The notes under the pieces are model-generated. The model ran no database searches and was not told the DNA's origin. It saw only the letters and a program-made list of their open reading frames with translations. A stretch of DNA of 64,000 bases from an uncultured Gammaproteobacteria bacterium (GTDB lineage: Bacteria; Patescibacteriota; Microgenomatia; UBA10105; UBA927), in the NCBI GenBank assembly GCA_964349125.1, contig CAYGFH010000006.1, positions 11,121-75,120 on the forward strand, written 5' to 3'. The stretch's first letter is position 1, and the number at the start of each line of letters is the position of its first letter. This document shows positions 21,557 through 29,827 of the stretch, piece by piece. A program made the position numbers and the translations under genes.

Positions 21557-22860
21557 ATGCTCGCTTTTCCAAACGCGATCCTGTCCATGACTTTTTGACT
21601 GGAATCTATCATACGAGCAGGTACGATAGTATACTTCCCATATTTTTCCGATAACTGGTCAATAGTGCGTGTCACACATTCTTTTTTCACATCGTACTCC
21701 AAAAGTGATTGTTGCGTATACAAATCCCGTGTTAACTTGCCACACGTCACCCCCAGTATTCGAATGGGCAGGTCAGGTGCACTCAAAAGAAGAGACTTGC
21801 TGTATGAAAAAAAATCTGCGTCAGCGTACAGTGGTCCTGCCAATTGTTTTTGTGTATGCCAAAAATCAGAGTAACTACTATACATGGCCGAAACACCGAT
21901 GCTGTGAGCCATACATCCTGCGGCTCGAAGCCTGCTGCCCATTTTTACCACCAATTGAGACAACACCTGCCAAAGTTTGGGATCAGACGGAGGCAGTGCT
22001 CTGCCTAGCGCATGGGAATGCCCGAATGATTTTTGCTCAGAGGCACTCACACCCGCACCAAATGAGGTATACCGTGATCCATCTTCGTACCCGTGAAGGC
22101 GCATCCACCAGTGACGTCCGACTATAGAATGAAGGGCACGCTCCAGTGTCTTTGCATCAGACATGAGCAAGGACATTGGCGTATAAATACCACCAATCCG
22201 CAGACGTGTGGCAACTCCGGTTTTAATGCCGCAAAAATCCTCAAGCCGCATTGTAGAAAATGTTTTTGCAATCGTCTTCCCGGTGATCATATCCAGTCCG
22301 TCCGGCTTGTGGAGCCCTGAGGCGATTTTAGATAAATATCGATTGGGAGCAATCCCTATAGACACCGTGATCCACTCTCCTATTTCGCGGCGTATGCGTT
22401 GTTTTATCTCTCTGGCTATCAGGAGCATGGCATGTTCTGTCTTTTCATGCTCAGTTGCGTCCGGAGCAGACATGATTCGCATCTGGGTGTCCAATCGTGG
22501 CGTCTGTGCAAAATCCACAACCATTTCATCTATGGATTCCACACGTACGTTGCACGAATAGGATTCAAGGATTGCCAGAAGCGCACGGTTTATGTATCTG
22601 TATTTATTTGGATCAGGAGCAAGCACCTCGACAAATGGGCACCGTGCCTTCGCCTCACTCACCCGCATACCTGTGTCTATGCCTATTGCCTTGGCTTCCC
22701 GCGAAGCGGCGAGGATACACCCATGGTCTTCCGCATAGGCAGCAACAACCGTCGGTTTCCCACGCAGTCGTGGATTCGCCTGCTGTTCAATCGTCGCGAA
22801 ACAGGAATTGATATCAATATGCATGATGGTAGGAGGAGATGGATTAAAACATATATTCAT
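21553..22860 (-). CDS. dinB: Y-family DNA polymerase (DNA polymerase IV / DinB-ImpB-UmuC family)
   Basis: 435 aa. The N-terminal motif MHIDINSCFATIEQQANPRLRGKPTVV contains the catalytic aspartate, and a little-finger domain follows. The true start is probably the internal Met at about 22824 (MHIDI...). Confidence 0.9.
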   Translation of the reverse strand: MNICFNPSPPTIMHIDINSCFATIEQQANPRLRGKPTVVAAYAEDHGCILAASREAKAIGIDTGMRVSEAKARCPFVEVLAPDPNKYRYINRALLAILESYSCNVRVESIDEMVVDFAQTPRLDTQMRIMSAPDATEHEKTEHAMLLIAREIKQRIRREIGEWITVSIGIAPNRYLSKIASGLHKPDGLDMITGKTIAKTFSTMRLEDFCGIKTGVATRLRIGGIYTPMSLLMSDAKTLERALHSIVGRHWWMRLHGYEDGSRYTSFGAGVSASEQKSFGHSHALGRALPPSDPKLWQVLSQLVVKMGSRLRAAGCMAHSIGVSAMYSSYSDFWHTQKQLAGPLYADADFFSYSKSLLLSAPDLPIRILGVTCGKLTRDLYTQQSLLEYDVKKECVTRTIDQLSEKYGKYTIVPARMIDSSQKVMDRIAFGKASI

Positions 22861-22937
22861 GTCATTGCGAGCGATAGCGAAGCAATCTTATTTCATCGTA
22901 ACCGGATTGCCACGTCGCTTACGCTCCTCGCAATGAC
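22861..22937. repeat. ~77-bp imperfect palindromic element with perfect 11-bp terminal inverted repeats (GTCATTGCGAG / CTCGCAATGAC), abutting the dinB start
   Basis: Left arm 22861-22871, right arm 22927-22937. The inner arms are also partly complementary (AGCGAAGCAATC versus RC AGCGACGTGGCAATCC). Confidence 0.5.
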
Positions 22938-22946
22938 AACCAGCAT

Positions 22947-23195
22947 TTACCCATCAATTTCCAACAATTTCCACGAGAGTGTTTCTGTATTGAAACGCAA
23001 CTTAAACTGCATAGTGCCGTCGGTCACCTGGAACATATGAAGTAATACTCGCCCCTCACGGACGGTGTGATGGAGTCCGATTTTTATCATCATGTAGCGC
23101 ACTCCCCGCCAGTGTACCACCCACGGATAGGCCACTTTTTTCACATGATTAGACAATAAATCTACCGAAACTGATTCATCTATTGTTGTAACCAT
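22947..23195 (-). CDS. small hypothetical protein upstream of dinB (possible YolD-like polymerase accessory)
   Basis: 82 aa, co-directional with dinB and immediately 5' of it. The beta-rich C-terminus (IKIGLHHTVREGRVLLHMFQVTDGTMQFKLRF) could form a small barrel like YolD/UmuD'-type partners. This is position-based inference only. Confidence 0.3.
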   Translation of the reverse strand: MVTTIDESVSVDLLSNHVKKVAYPWVVHWRGVRYMMIKIGLHHTVREGRVLLHMFQVTDGTMQFKLRFNTETLSWKLLEIDG

Positions 23196-23412
23196 AATAT
23201 CTTTATATAAAAATTAACCCGAATGTATCTATTGCATTCAGTTTTGCATACCGACTCTGAAAAACAAATCTAAATTAGATAGATATATACTAAGAAAACG
23301 TATGTTTCATCGAAGTTTTCTCAGTGCATATGTATCATAAAATACCCGAATAAAATTATAATAGATCGAAAATAATACGAACAATATCAAATACTGTATA
23401 CTATTATTCCGT

Positions 23413-24120
23413 ATGAAGTCGAAGGCGCTGAAATTTTCCCTTATCATCCCTGTATACAATGAATCACGATATATAAGACCGTTATTAAGATCTATACGGG
23501 CATCGTCAGAACAGCCGTCAGAGATTATATTCTGTGACAATAATTCGACAGATGACACACGCATCCAAATTCAAAAGCACAAACACCGACTACCTATTTC
23601 AATACTCACAGAAAAACAAAAAGGCATCCTCCCAACAGTCGAACGGCTATGGAAACATGCCGCTAGAGATTTGATAGGTAAAATAGATGCGGATTGTATA
23701 CTTCCGAAACACTGGATCCGAAATGCAATACGACATTTTAACGGGTCGCCAAATCTGGATGCGTGTACCGGACCAATCGTGAGTTCTGATGGAAACATGT
23801 TTATACGAACAGCTGTTTCAGTGGGATATATTGTAGGAGTGCCTGTATTTTTCACACTAAAAGGAGATATGCCGGTCTATGGACCGAACGGAGTGTTTCG
23901 CAAAACAACGCTCAAAAAAATTCAGGGGTACGCATGGCATACCAATGATCTGGATGACCATATTATAAGCAGAAAATTGACACAACATCACTGTAAAGTT
24001 AGTTGGTACCCTGACATGTATATGTTTCACTCCACCCGTAGATTTCAGCAACGACCGATGGCTGCACTTGAAGCGGTTCTTTCCTTATTTCGCTCTGATT
24101 ACTATAATGAGAGACAATAA
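23413..24120 (+). CDS. glycosyltransferase family 2
   Basis: 235 aa. The N-terminus FSLIIPVYNESRYIRPLL...IIFCDNNSTDDT shows the GT-A DXD region. Confidence 0.8.
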   Translation: MKSKALKFSLIIPVYNESRYIRPLLRSIRASSEQPSEIIFCDNNSTDDTRIQIQKHKHRLPISILTEKQKGILPTVERLWKHAARDLIGKIDADCILPKHWIRNAIRHFNGSPNLDACTGPIVSSDGNMFIRTAVSVGYIVGVPVFFTLKGDMPVYGPNGVFRKTTLKKIQGYAWHTNDLDDHIISRKLTQHHCKVSWYPDMYMFHSTRRFQQRPMAALEAVLSLFRSDYYNERQ

Positions 24121-24121
24121 T

Positions 24122-24697
24122 ATGGCACAAAAGAAAAAATCAGGATATTTGGAAGTGATTGCTGGCCCCATGTACTGCGGAAAAACGGAAGAACTCATCC
24201 GCCAGGTAAAACGTGCAAGCATTGGGAAAAAGAAAGTACAAGTGTTTAAGCATGCTATAGATACCCGATACGGCAAGGACAAAAAGGTATATTCCCACGC
24301 TGGACTTAGCTTCAAATCGCACCTGATCACGGAAGCGTCTCAAATACTGAAGAAACTCCATAAAAACACCCAGATCGTCGCTATAGATGAGGCCCAGTGG
24401 TTTGGGCAGGACCTGATTCCGATAGTGAGTGAATTGGTGGAAAAAGGGCTGCGCGTTATGGTGGCAGGACTTGCCATGACGTATGACAGACAACCATTCG
24501 CCCCGATGCCAACGCTTATGGCAATGGCTGACAATGTGACCAAACTATCTGCAGTGTGCCAAATATGTGGGGATGATGCTGTGTTTCATAAAAGAATCGT
24601 AAAAGCAGCTGGAATCAACGCGCTGGATGCAGATCCTGCACTGGTCGGAAGATCAGATGCCTATGAAGCTCGATGCAGGCGGTGTTTTAGTAAATAA
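24122..24697 (+). CDS. tdk: thymidine kinase
   Basis: Start taken at the internal Met (MAQKKKSGYLEVIAGPMYCGKTEEL) rather than the track start at 24068, which overlaps the upstream GT2. It has the P-loop GPMYCGKT, VAIDEAQWF, and C-terminal zinc ribbon cysteines (CQICG...CRRC). Confidence 0.9.
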   Translation: MAQKKKSGYLEVIAGPMYCGKTEELIRQVKRASIGKKKVQVFKHAIDTRYGKDKKVYSHAGLSFKSHLITEASQILKKLHKNTQIVAIDEAQWFGQDLIPIVSELVEKGLRVMVAGLAMTYDRQPFAPMPTLMAMADNVTKLSAVCQICGDDAVFHKRIVKAAGINALDADPALVGRSDAYEARCRRCFSK

Positions 24698-24708
24698 CTG
24701 AGAAAGAA

Positions 24709-24981
24709 TTATTTAGAAGATATTGGAACAATTGCCTCCAACTCTTCACATAGCCGCTTAGCTTTCTCTTTATCGTGATGGCCTTGAATTTGAGATAGGA
24801 CAGCTGATATTTGCCTGAATTTTTGAGTTTGCTCATCATCTGAATACAGATGAAGTAGATTAGCTCGCTGTTTTGCACCGGTGATGACTTCTGACCAACA
24901 ACCCCCATCACCCCATTCTTCCCCGACCTGTTCGGCCTGAGAAATAATATCCCCCGGATTCACTGGCTGTTGTTCATTCAT
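24709..24981 (-). CDS. small hypothetical protein
   Basis: 90-aa acidic ORF convergent with tdk. It has no recognisable motif. Confidence 0.3.
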   Translation of the reverse strand: MNEQQPVNPGDIISQAEQVGEEWGDGGCWSEVITGAKQRANLLHLYSDDEQTQKFRQISAVLSQIQGHHDKEKAKRLCEELEAIVPISSK

Positions 24982-25051
24982 GCTGAGTATTATATCAAAG
25001 TTACCAGTTATATTTTCTCACGAAATTTGGTAAAATAGACCTTGTTTCCTA

Positions 25052-25125
25052 GCCCCCATCGTCTAGCGGCCTAGGACAACGGGTTTTCAGCCCGTGAATC
25101 GCCGGTTCGAATCCGGCTGGGGGTA
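25052..25125 (+). tRNA. tRNA-Glu (anticodon TTC)
   Basis: GCCCCCATCGTCTAGCGGCCTAGGACAACGGGTTTTCAGCCCGTGAATCGCCGGTTCGAATCCGGCTGGGGGTA folds as a cloverleaf. The acceptor is GCCCCCA/TGGGGGT (G1-U72), the anticodon stem is ACGGG/CCCGT with loop TTTTCAG (anticodon TTC), and the T arm is GCCGG-TTCGAAT-CCGGC. It closely resembles bacterial tRNA-Glu. CCA is not encoded. Confidence 0.9.
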
Positions 25126-25135
25126 CAAGCGAAAA

Positions 25136-25163
25136 AGTCCTGCATTTGGCGGGACTTTTTTTG
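25136..25163 (+). terminator. probable intrinsic terminator after tRNA-Glu
   Basis: AGTCCtgcatttggcGGGACT hairpin followed by TTTTTTT (25157-25163). Confidence 0.5.
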
Positions 25164-25240
25164 GTTATATCCTCACCAAAATCAAAAAGTCTAACTATTT
25201 AGTAATTTATATTAAAACTCGATCTTCCGACAATTATGTT

Positions 25241-25993
25241 CTATGTGAACGAGTTAAAAACAATATTACTATAATTTCCCCAATTAGCATCAGACAGGAA
25301 AAATTCGCCAGCTGAGCGCAGAATTGCGTCTGTTAATTTTGGAGCCGGGCAGCGCTTCATTACATCATATGTCGCATTAGTCAAAATGCCGGAGTGTTGA
25401 AAAGTTCCAAATTGTTCAATAAACCGGGTTCTGATTTCATTTGGGGACTCAGCGATTTCATATCGTGAAACAGCTGAAAGTATTGCAGAATAGGAATTGT
25501 ATGTTTTGTCAAAACGTGTCGCTATATGTGCTAGATCCCTTCCGTATATAATGCCAGCGGCCGATAATACAAGAAACGGATTATATAAATTTTTATTTCC
25601 ATATGATATTCCTTGAGCAATTTCATGTGTATCATCACGGCCAAAAGCATTCTTCAGTTCTAAAAGAATTGACTCCGGAGTTCTTGAAAGTACGAGCTCC
25701 CAGAAATGTTCACTATTTAACCCTTGAACTGATCCGACAATGTTCGGAAATCGGACAAATGTTGGACACCCATAGGGAGTGATGCCGTGTCTTTCGTCAT
25801 CTGATGAATTGAAAAAAGGTTTTGCACCCGGTCTCGCCGTTCCCCCTGGTCCATCCCAATACACTCTCTCAGCATTTTTATATACTGATGGAGTGCAGAG
25901 AATTTCTGATATTGCTGGGTAAATGTACTCCTCCGCTTCAGCACTAACTCCCAAAGAGAACTCCCGTACACGCTGGTAAATACTTTCGGACAT
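25241..25993 (-). CDS. hypothetical protein (250 aa), function unknown
   Basis: Long ORF with no motif I recognise. It has a soluble composition. It lies next to tRNA-Glu at the edge of a block of small membrane protein genes. Confidence 0.45.
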   Translation of the reverse strand: MSESIYQRVREFSLGVSAEAEEYIYPAISEILCTPSVYKNAERVYWDGPGGTARPGAKPFFNSSDDERHGITPYGCPTFVRFPNIVGSVQGLNSEHFWELVLSRTPESILLELKNAFGRDDTHEIAQGISYGNKNLYNPFLVLSAAGIIYGRDLAHIATRFDKTYNSYSAILSAVSRYEIAESPNEIRTRFIEQFGTFQHSGILTNATYDVMKRCPAPKLTDAILRSAGEFFLSDANWGNYSNIVFNSFT

Positions 25994-26324
25994 ATTTCTA
26001 TGATTATACCAGAAATAGGCTTATAGTTTATATATTAATCACGACAAGAACGATGAGTAAACATATATTTTTTACATTTTCCAACGATTACAATCGTATA
26101 TTTGAATTTGGTAAGATTGGGGCACAAACAAGAAAGTGACACTTATCGGCGAAATTGACAATCCCAAAAAATAGTCAGATCAGAGCTTACGGGCGCTTAT
26201 AGATACCGCACTGAATTGCCTAGTGCTTCGCTTCTCCGAATTTGGCGAATCGATATATGTATAACCACGCATACTTTGGTATGTAAACACCCGATTCGCG
26301 AGAACTGTCACGCGGAGGTATAGA

Positions 26325-26355
26325 TACAAAAAACCGGCGATGGCCGGAATTTTGT
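26325..26355 (-). terminator. intrinsic terminator (bidirectional-type hairpin) downstream of the YtxH-like gene
   Basis: AAAAAA-CCGGC-gatg-GCCGG-AATTTTGT: a GC stem flanked by an A-tract and a T-tract, 28 bp downstream of the 26383 stop on the minus strand. Confidence 0.6.
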
Positions 26356-26382
26356 ACTCACTCATATCCGTGAGATTGTATG

Positions 26383-26667
26383 TTATGTCTTGTTTTCGAT
26401 CTTGTCTTTCACCATTTCCTTTACCTTTTCGATTTTCTTTGCACTCTTTTCCACAACCGGCGATTTCTTTACAGAATCAACGGCATCCTCTATTTTTTCT
26501 TTCACACCATCTACTGCTTCACTCACTTTCTTCTGATTCTTCTTGTCACTCATAACGATGGCTGCTGCAACTGCTACACCTCCTGCAATTGCTCCCGCAA
26601 TTCCTGCGACGACCGGATTCACACCACCTTCTTTCTTTGCATCTTTTTTCATTGATGTATCTGTCAT
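26383..26667 (-). CDS. YtxH-like small stress protein (Gly-zipper helix plus Lys/Glu-rich coiled tail)
   Basis: 94 aa. It has a VVAGIAGAIAGGVAVAAAIVM Gly-zipper segment followed by a highly charged KK/E-rich tail. Confidence 0.4.
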   Translation of the reverse strand: MTDTSMKKDAKKEGGVNPVVAGIAGAIAGGVAVAAAIVMSDKKNQKKVSEAVDGVKEKIEDAVDSVKKSPVVEKSAKKIEKVKEMVKDKIENKT

Positions 26668-26726
26668 ATGTATTTCACCTCCCTGCTCTATGAATCAGAG
26701 ACCAGCGTACTGGCTCTGGCTTACTA

Positions 26727-26990
26727 TTATGAATGTCTCAGTAATCTCCCGAGATAGATGACGATGATAGCTCCTATCACTGCTACACCCATGCTGTTCA
26801 CATTAAATCCTGTTACGCCCGCCTGACCAACTAACCCCATGAGATACCCACCAACTATTGCGCCAATGACGCCCAGTACGATATCCCGTAGAGTGCCCTG
26901 CTGTGAATTGGTTTTCATGATGACAGATGCGATCCACCCTGCAATTGCTCCAAATATAATCCAAAGTACTATACCCATATATGTATTCAC
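26727..26990 (-). CDS. GlsB/YeaQ/YmgE family stress-response membrane protein
   Basis: 87 aa. It has repeated GxxxG-type helices (IFGAIAGWIASVIM, VIGAIVGGYLMGL, VIGAIIVIYLGRLL) characteristic of this family. Confidence 0.7.
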   Translation of the reverse strand: MNTYMGIVLWIIFGAIAGWIASVIMKTNSQQGTLRDIVLGVIGAIVGGYLMGLVGQAGVTGFNVNSMGVAVIGAIIVIYLGRLLRHS

Positions 26991-27032
26991 CTCGTTTCTA
27001 TAGTTAAAAAATTTTGTTACTATGCCTCACTG

Positions 27033-27251
27033 TTATTTTTCCTGTGTCACATTTACGTCAATCTTTTCTGGGATTACAATCTTTGTTTCCGGTAGAGTAA
27101 TCTGCGCCGGACCTATTTGCCTTAGCATCGGCAAACCAAAAAATATAAAGACCATAACCATGCCAAGTAATAGGATGAATCCAATTAAAAAATTGGTTCC
27201 GACATGATCATTTTCCTGACTTGGATTGTTTACTACTGTTGTCATATGCAT
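27033..27251 (-). CDS. small single-TM membrane protein
   Basis: 72 aa with a central hydrophobic helix FLIGFILLLGMVMVFIFFGLPML. Confidence 0.35.
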   Translation of the reverse strand: MHMTTVVNNPSQENDHVGTNFLIGFILLLGMVMVFIFFGLPMLRQIGPAQITLPETKIVIPEKIDVNVTQEK

Positions 27252-27275
27252 TCACCTCCTTAATAGATGCTACTG

Positions 27276-27731
27276 TTACTGGTTATCGACGTTCTGCTCC
27301 ACTTCTCCCTGATTGGTGGGCTTCACAATCTGAAACAAAGAGACCATTCCGTATGCAACTACCGCATATACTCCCATGGCAATCAGTGTGGACCACTCAG
27401 CAACGGAACCGCCGGATACTGAAGTCCCCAGAATTCCCAGAAACGGCGTCGCAAACGGGCTACTTAGCGTATATATAAAATCGACAAAGCCACTATATGG
27501 ATTTGCACTTATAAGCTTGAGAACAATTCGAAATGCTAGCAATATTTCTATGACACCAAGTATGTACCAGATAATCTGGTATGTCCGAAATATCGCTTTT
27601 TTGGTCTCGTATTCTTTCTGCGGTGAACCTGTATCTACCTGCGGCGTCATCACCCGTGTCTTTCGTATAACCTGTGCGGGAGCCTCTGACGATACTGTCG
27701 TCACTTCCTGGACTTCGGTTTGTTGTGTCAT
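27276..27731 (-). CDS. YggT-family membrane protein with N-terminal soluble extension
   Basis: 151 aa. The C-terminal ~90 aa have two TM helices and a YGGT-like motif (RIVLKLISANPYSGFVDFIYTLSSPFATPFLGIL). Confidence 0.45.
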   Translation of the reverse strand: MTQQTEVQEVTTVSSEAPAQVIRKTRVMTPQVDTGSPQKEYETKKAIFRTYQIIWYILGVIEILLAFRIVLKLISANPYSGFVDFIYTLSSPFATPFLGILGTSVSGGSVAEWSTLIAMGVYAVVAYGMVSLFQIVKPTNQGEVEQNVDNQ

Positions 27732-27843
27732 AACTGCCTCCTTTACTCGTCAGGGGATTATTCCTGAACCTTGTTTATATACAGTGGTTCATGTGTATCT
27801 GATGCATCGCGAGGCATTGCGAATACACCGTATTCTGTGGGGA

Positions 27844-28161
27844 TTACCGGAGATTTCCTACCGGTTTTATATCTTTTATGGCTTTTCGATGTGATCGCGC
27901 ATCAGACGCGACCGTACTTTTTCCAATAGTGGCGTTAGGACGAAATGAAATGTTTACGCGATTGTCAGAGTGTTTTTCTATATATGGCGCATATGCATCC
28001 AACGCTTTTTCGACTACCTCTGATATAGTCAAACCATCCAACGCACCCCGCACCTTTGCACGAGTCACAAGCTCGTGATCAACAAAAGCTGTTAATCTGT
28101 GTTTCTTAGATTTGCCTATTTGTTTCATATAGATTTTTGCTTCACTATCTACACTGTACAC
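27844..28161 (-). CDS. putative ribbon-helix-helix (CopG/Arc-like) DNA-binding protein
   Basis: 105 aa. The segment HRLTAFVDHELVTRAKVRGALDGLTISEVVEKALDAY matches the beta-strand/helix/helix pattern of RHH regulators. It lies upstream of the small membrane protein cluster on the same strand. Confidence 0.4.
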   Translation of the reverse strand: MYSVDSEAKIYMKQIGKSKKHRLTAFVDHELVTRAKVRGALDGLTISEVVEKALDAYAPYIEKHSDNRVNISFRPNATIGKSTVASDARSHRKAIKDIKPVGNLR

Positions 28162-28178
28162 CTATTACATATCATTGT

Positions 28179-28207
28179 CAAATTGCATATTGTTGTATAA
28201 ATTGCAT
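28179..28207. promoter_or_regulatory. direct repeat AAATTGCAT x2 (20-bp spacing) in the divergent promoter region between the RHH gene and the 28238 gene; candidate operator
   Basis: caAATTGCATattgttgtataAATTGCATtac at 28179-28210. Confidence 0.3.
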
Positions 28208-28237
28208 TACTACATATATATGCACTTGTAAACGATA

Positions 28238-28651
28238 ATGAGTATAGACTGCGGCTTTGTTCGTTGCTATAAACGTAAATTATTTACATTTGACTTCGGT
28301 GAATTTCGATGCAATAATTCGGCTGATATGTCAGATACTAAAAACACATCAAACAGCACCAAAGGGGTAATCACTTTTCTCTTATTATTATGTGTTTATC
28401 CTATCGGTATAATCGTCATGTGGTATTGGACTGCATGGGAAAAATGGGTTAAATGGATGGTGACTGTTCCATTTATATTGGTTATTCTGGGTGGAGTGTT
28501 TGTGGGACTAACTCAGTCACTTAATCTGAATGCACAGGTGAAAAAAGGCGCCTGCACAAAACAGTGCGAAAATTCACAGCTCAGAGAGACCTGTATGGAT
28601 CAGTGTATGGGAAGCTTAAACGCGCCTCCGCCGGGATATGAACCACGGTAA
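28238..28651 (+). CDS. small membrane protein with Cys-rich C-terminal tail
   Basis: 137 aa; the start may be the internal Met at 28328. It has two TM helices, then a C-x3-C...C-x3-C tail (CTKQCENSQLRETCMDQCMGS). Confidence 0.35.
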   Translation: MSIDCGFVRCYKRKLFTFDFGEFRCNNSADMSDTKNTSNSTKGVITFLLLLCVYPIGIIVMWYWTAWEKWVKWMVTVPFILVILGGVFVGLTQSLNLNAQVKKGACTKQCENSQLRETCMDQCMGSLNAPPPGYEPR

Positions 28652-28679
28652 GTTCTTGCACTATTCGGGATTGGATAGT

Positions 28680-29753
28680 TTACTTCTTAAATCCCTGTAA
28701 TGCTTTCTTCACAAACTGTCCGAACTTGCGGTCTTTTCTTCTTTTCTCCAATTCAGTCAACTCATAAAAATCAGACTCTTTCTTTAACTTTTGATAATTA
28801 GTGTATCGTTGTTTATCTAAGGATTTACCACGCACAGCCTGCAGCACTGCGCACCCCGGCTCTCCTGTGTGCGTACAATCAGAAAATTTGCAGTTTGATG
28901 CCAACAGACGTATTTCATCGAACACGGTTTCCAACCCTGTCTCTGAGGATGGTATACCTACTTCTCTGGTACCAGGGGTATCTATCAGTAATCCGCCGTT
29001 TTTCAGAACATATATTTCCCGTGCTGTAGTCGTATGTTTACCCCTCCCCAAGGATGCACTTATTTCCCGCGTCCGTATATCATCTTGCCCAAGCAGCACA
29101 TTTATGAGTGAAGATTTCCCGACACCGGATGATCCGAGAAAACAGTATGTCTTTCCTCTTTCAATATATGATGCGAGGTTATATATTCCCTGTTTTGTGA
29201 CTGTGCTAGTCGAAATAACATCAACAGATACAAATCTGTTTCTGATTTGAGTAACCCTGAGATTCAGTTGCTCGTCTGATATCAAATCAACCTTATTGAG
29301 TATAATAGTAGGTGTAATCCCCCCATCTCTTGCCAGTACCAGAAACCGTTCAAATCGGTTCAGGTTATAATCCCGATCCATTGATTCTGTTATAAACGCA
29401 ATATCAATATTAGCGGCAATTAACTGATTCTCCTGTTTATTGCTATATTTTTTCTTTAGTGTGGTTTTTCTGGGAAGAATGCCGCGAATAATGGCCTTGT
29501 TTTGCTCGAGTTTCGAGATAGCCACCCAATCTCCCACAGCAGGATAATCGTCTCTTGATAGCGCGGTATATTTATGTTTTCCGGTGATTGTAGCAAAGTA
29601 GTCTCCCTGTGCATTCCTGACGCTATACGCTCCTCTATGCTCCGCTATCACTCTGGCTACTTCATAATCGAAAAAACCTAGATTCTTTCGCGCTGATTCG
29701 AAAAATTCGCTATATCCTAAGTCTTCAAGAGATGATTCTATAGACATACTCAT
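28680..29753 (-). CDS. rsgA: ribosome small-subunit-dependent GTPase A (RsgA/YjeQ)
   Basis: 357 aa. It has an OB-fold N-terminus and a circularly permuted GTPase (NKVDL...FLGSSGVGKSSLIN). A C-terminal zinc finger CKFSDCTHTGEPGC is present. Confidence 0.9.
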   Translation of the reverse strand: MSMSIESSLEDLGYSEFFESARKNLGFFDYEVARVIAEHRGAYSVRNAQGDYFATITGKHKYTALSRDDYPAVGDWVAISKLEQNKAIIRGILPRKTTLKKKYSNKQENQLIAANIDIAFITESMDRDYNLNRFERFLVLARDGGITPTIILNKVDLISDEQLNLRVTQIRNRFVSVDVISTSTVTKQGIYNLASYIERGKTYCFLGSSGVGKSSLINVLLGQDDIRTREISASLGRGKHTTTAREIYVLKNGGLLIDTPGTREVGIPSSETGLETVFDEIRLLASNCKFSDCTHTGEPGCAVLQAVRGKSLDKQRYTNYQKLKKESDFYELTELEKRRKDRKFGQFVKKALQGFKK

Positions 29754-29827
29754 TACCCAAAGTATAGCAGGTGCTGCTCCTCCAATTATATTTGATACCA
29801 GTAATCACTGCTCCCAATGGAAAATAA

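Noticed and set aside
23391-23404. TACTGTATACTAT, resembling the left half of an E. coli-type LexA box (TACTGTATAT...), 9 bp upstream of the GT2 gene
   Set aside because: There is no matching ACAG right half-site. It is an isolated half-site in AT-rich DNA and most likely chance.
24068-24121. Upstream extension of the thymidine kinase ORF (MKRFFPYFALITIMRDNN)
   Set aside because: It overlaps the preceding GT2 gene in another frame. The conserved Tdk sequence begins at the internal Met at 24122.
25094-25315. 73-aa plus-strand ORF
   Set aside because: It starts inside the tRNA-Glu gene and runs through its terminator hairpin, so it is spurious.
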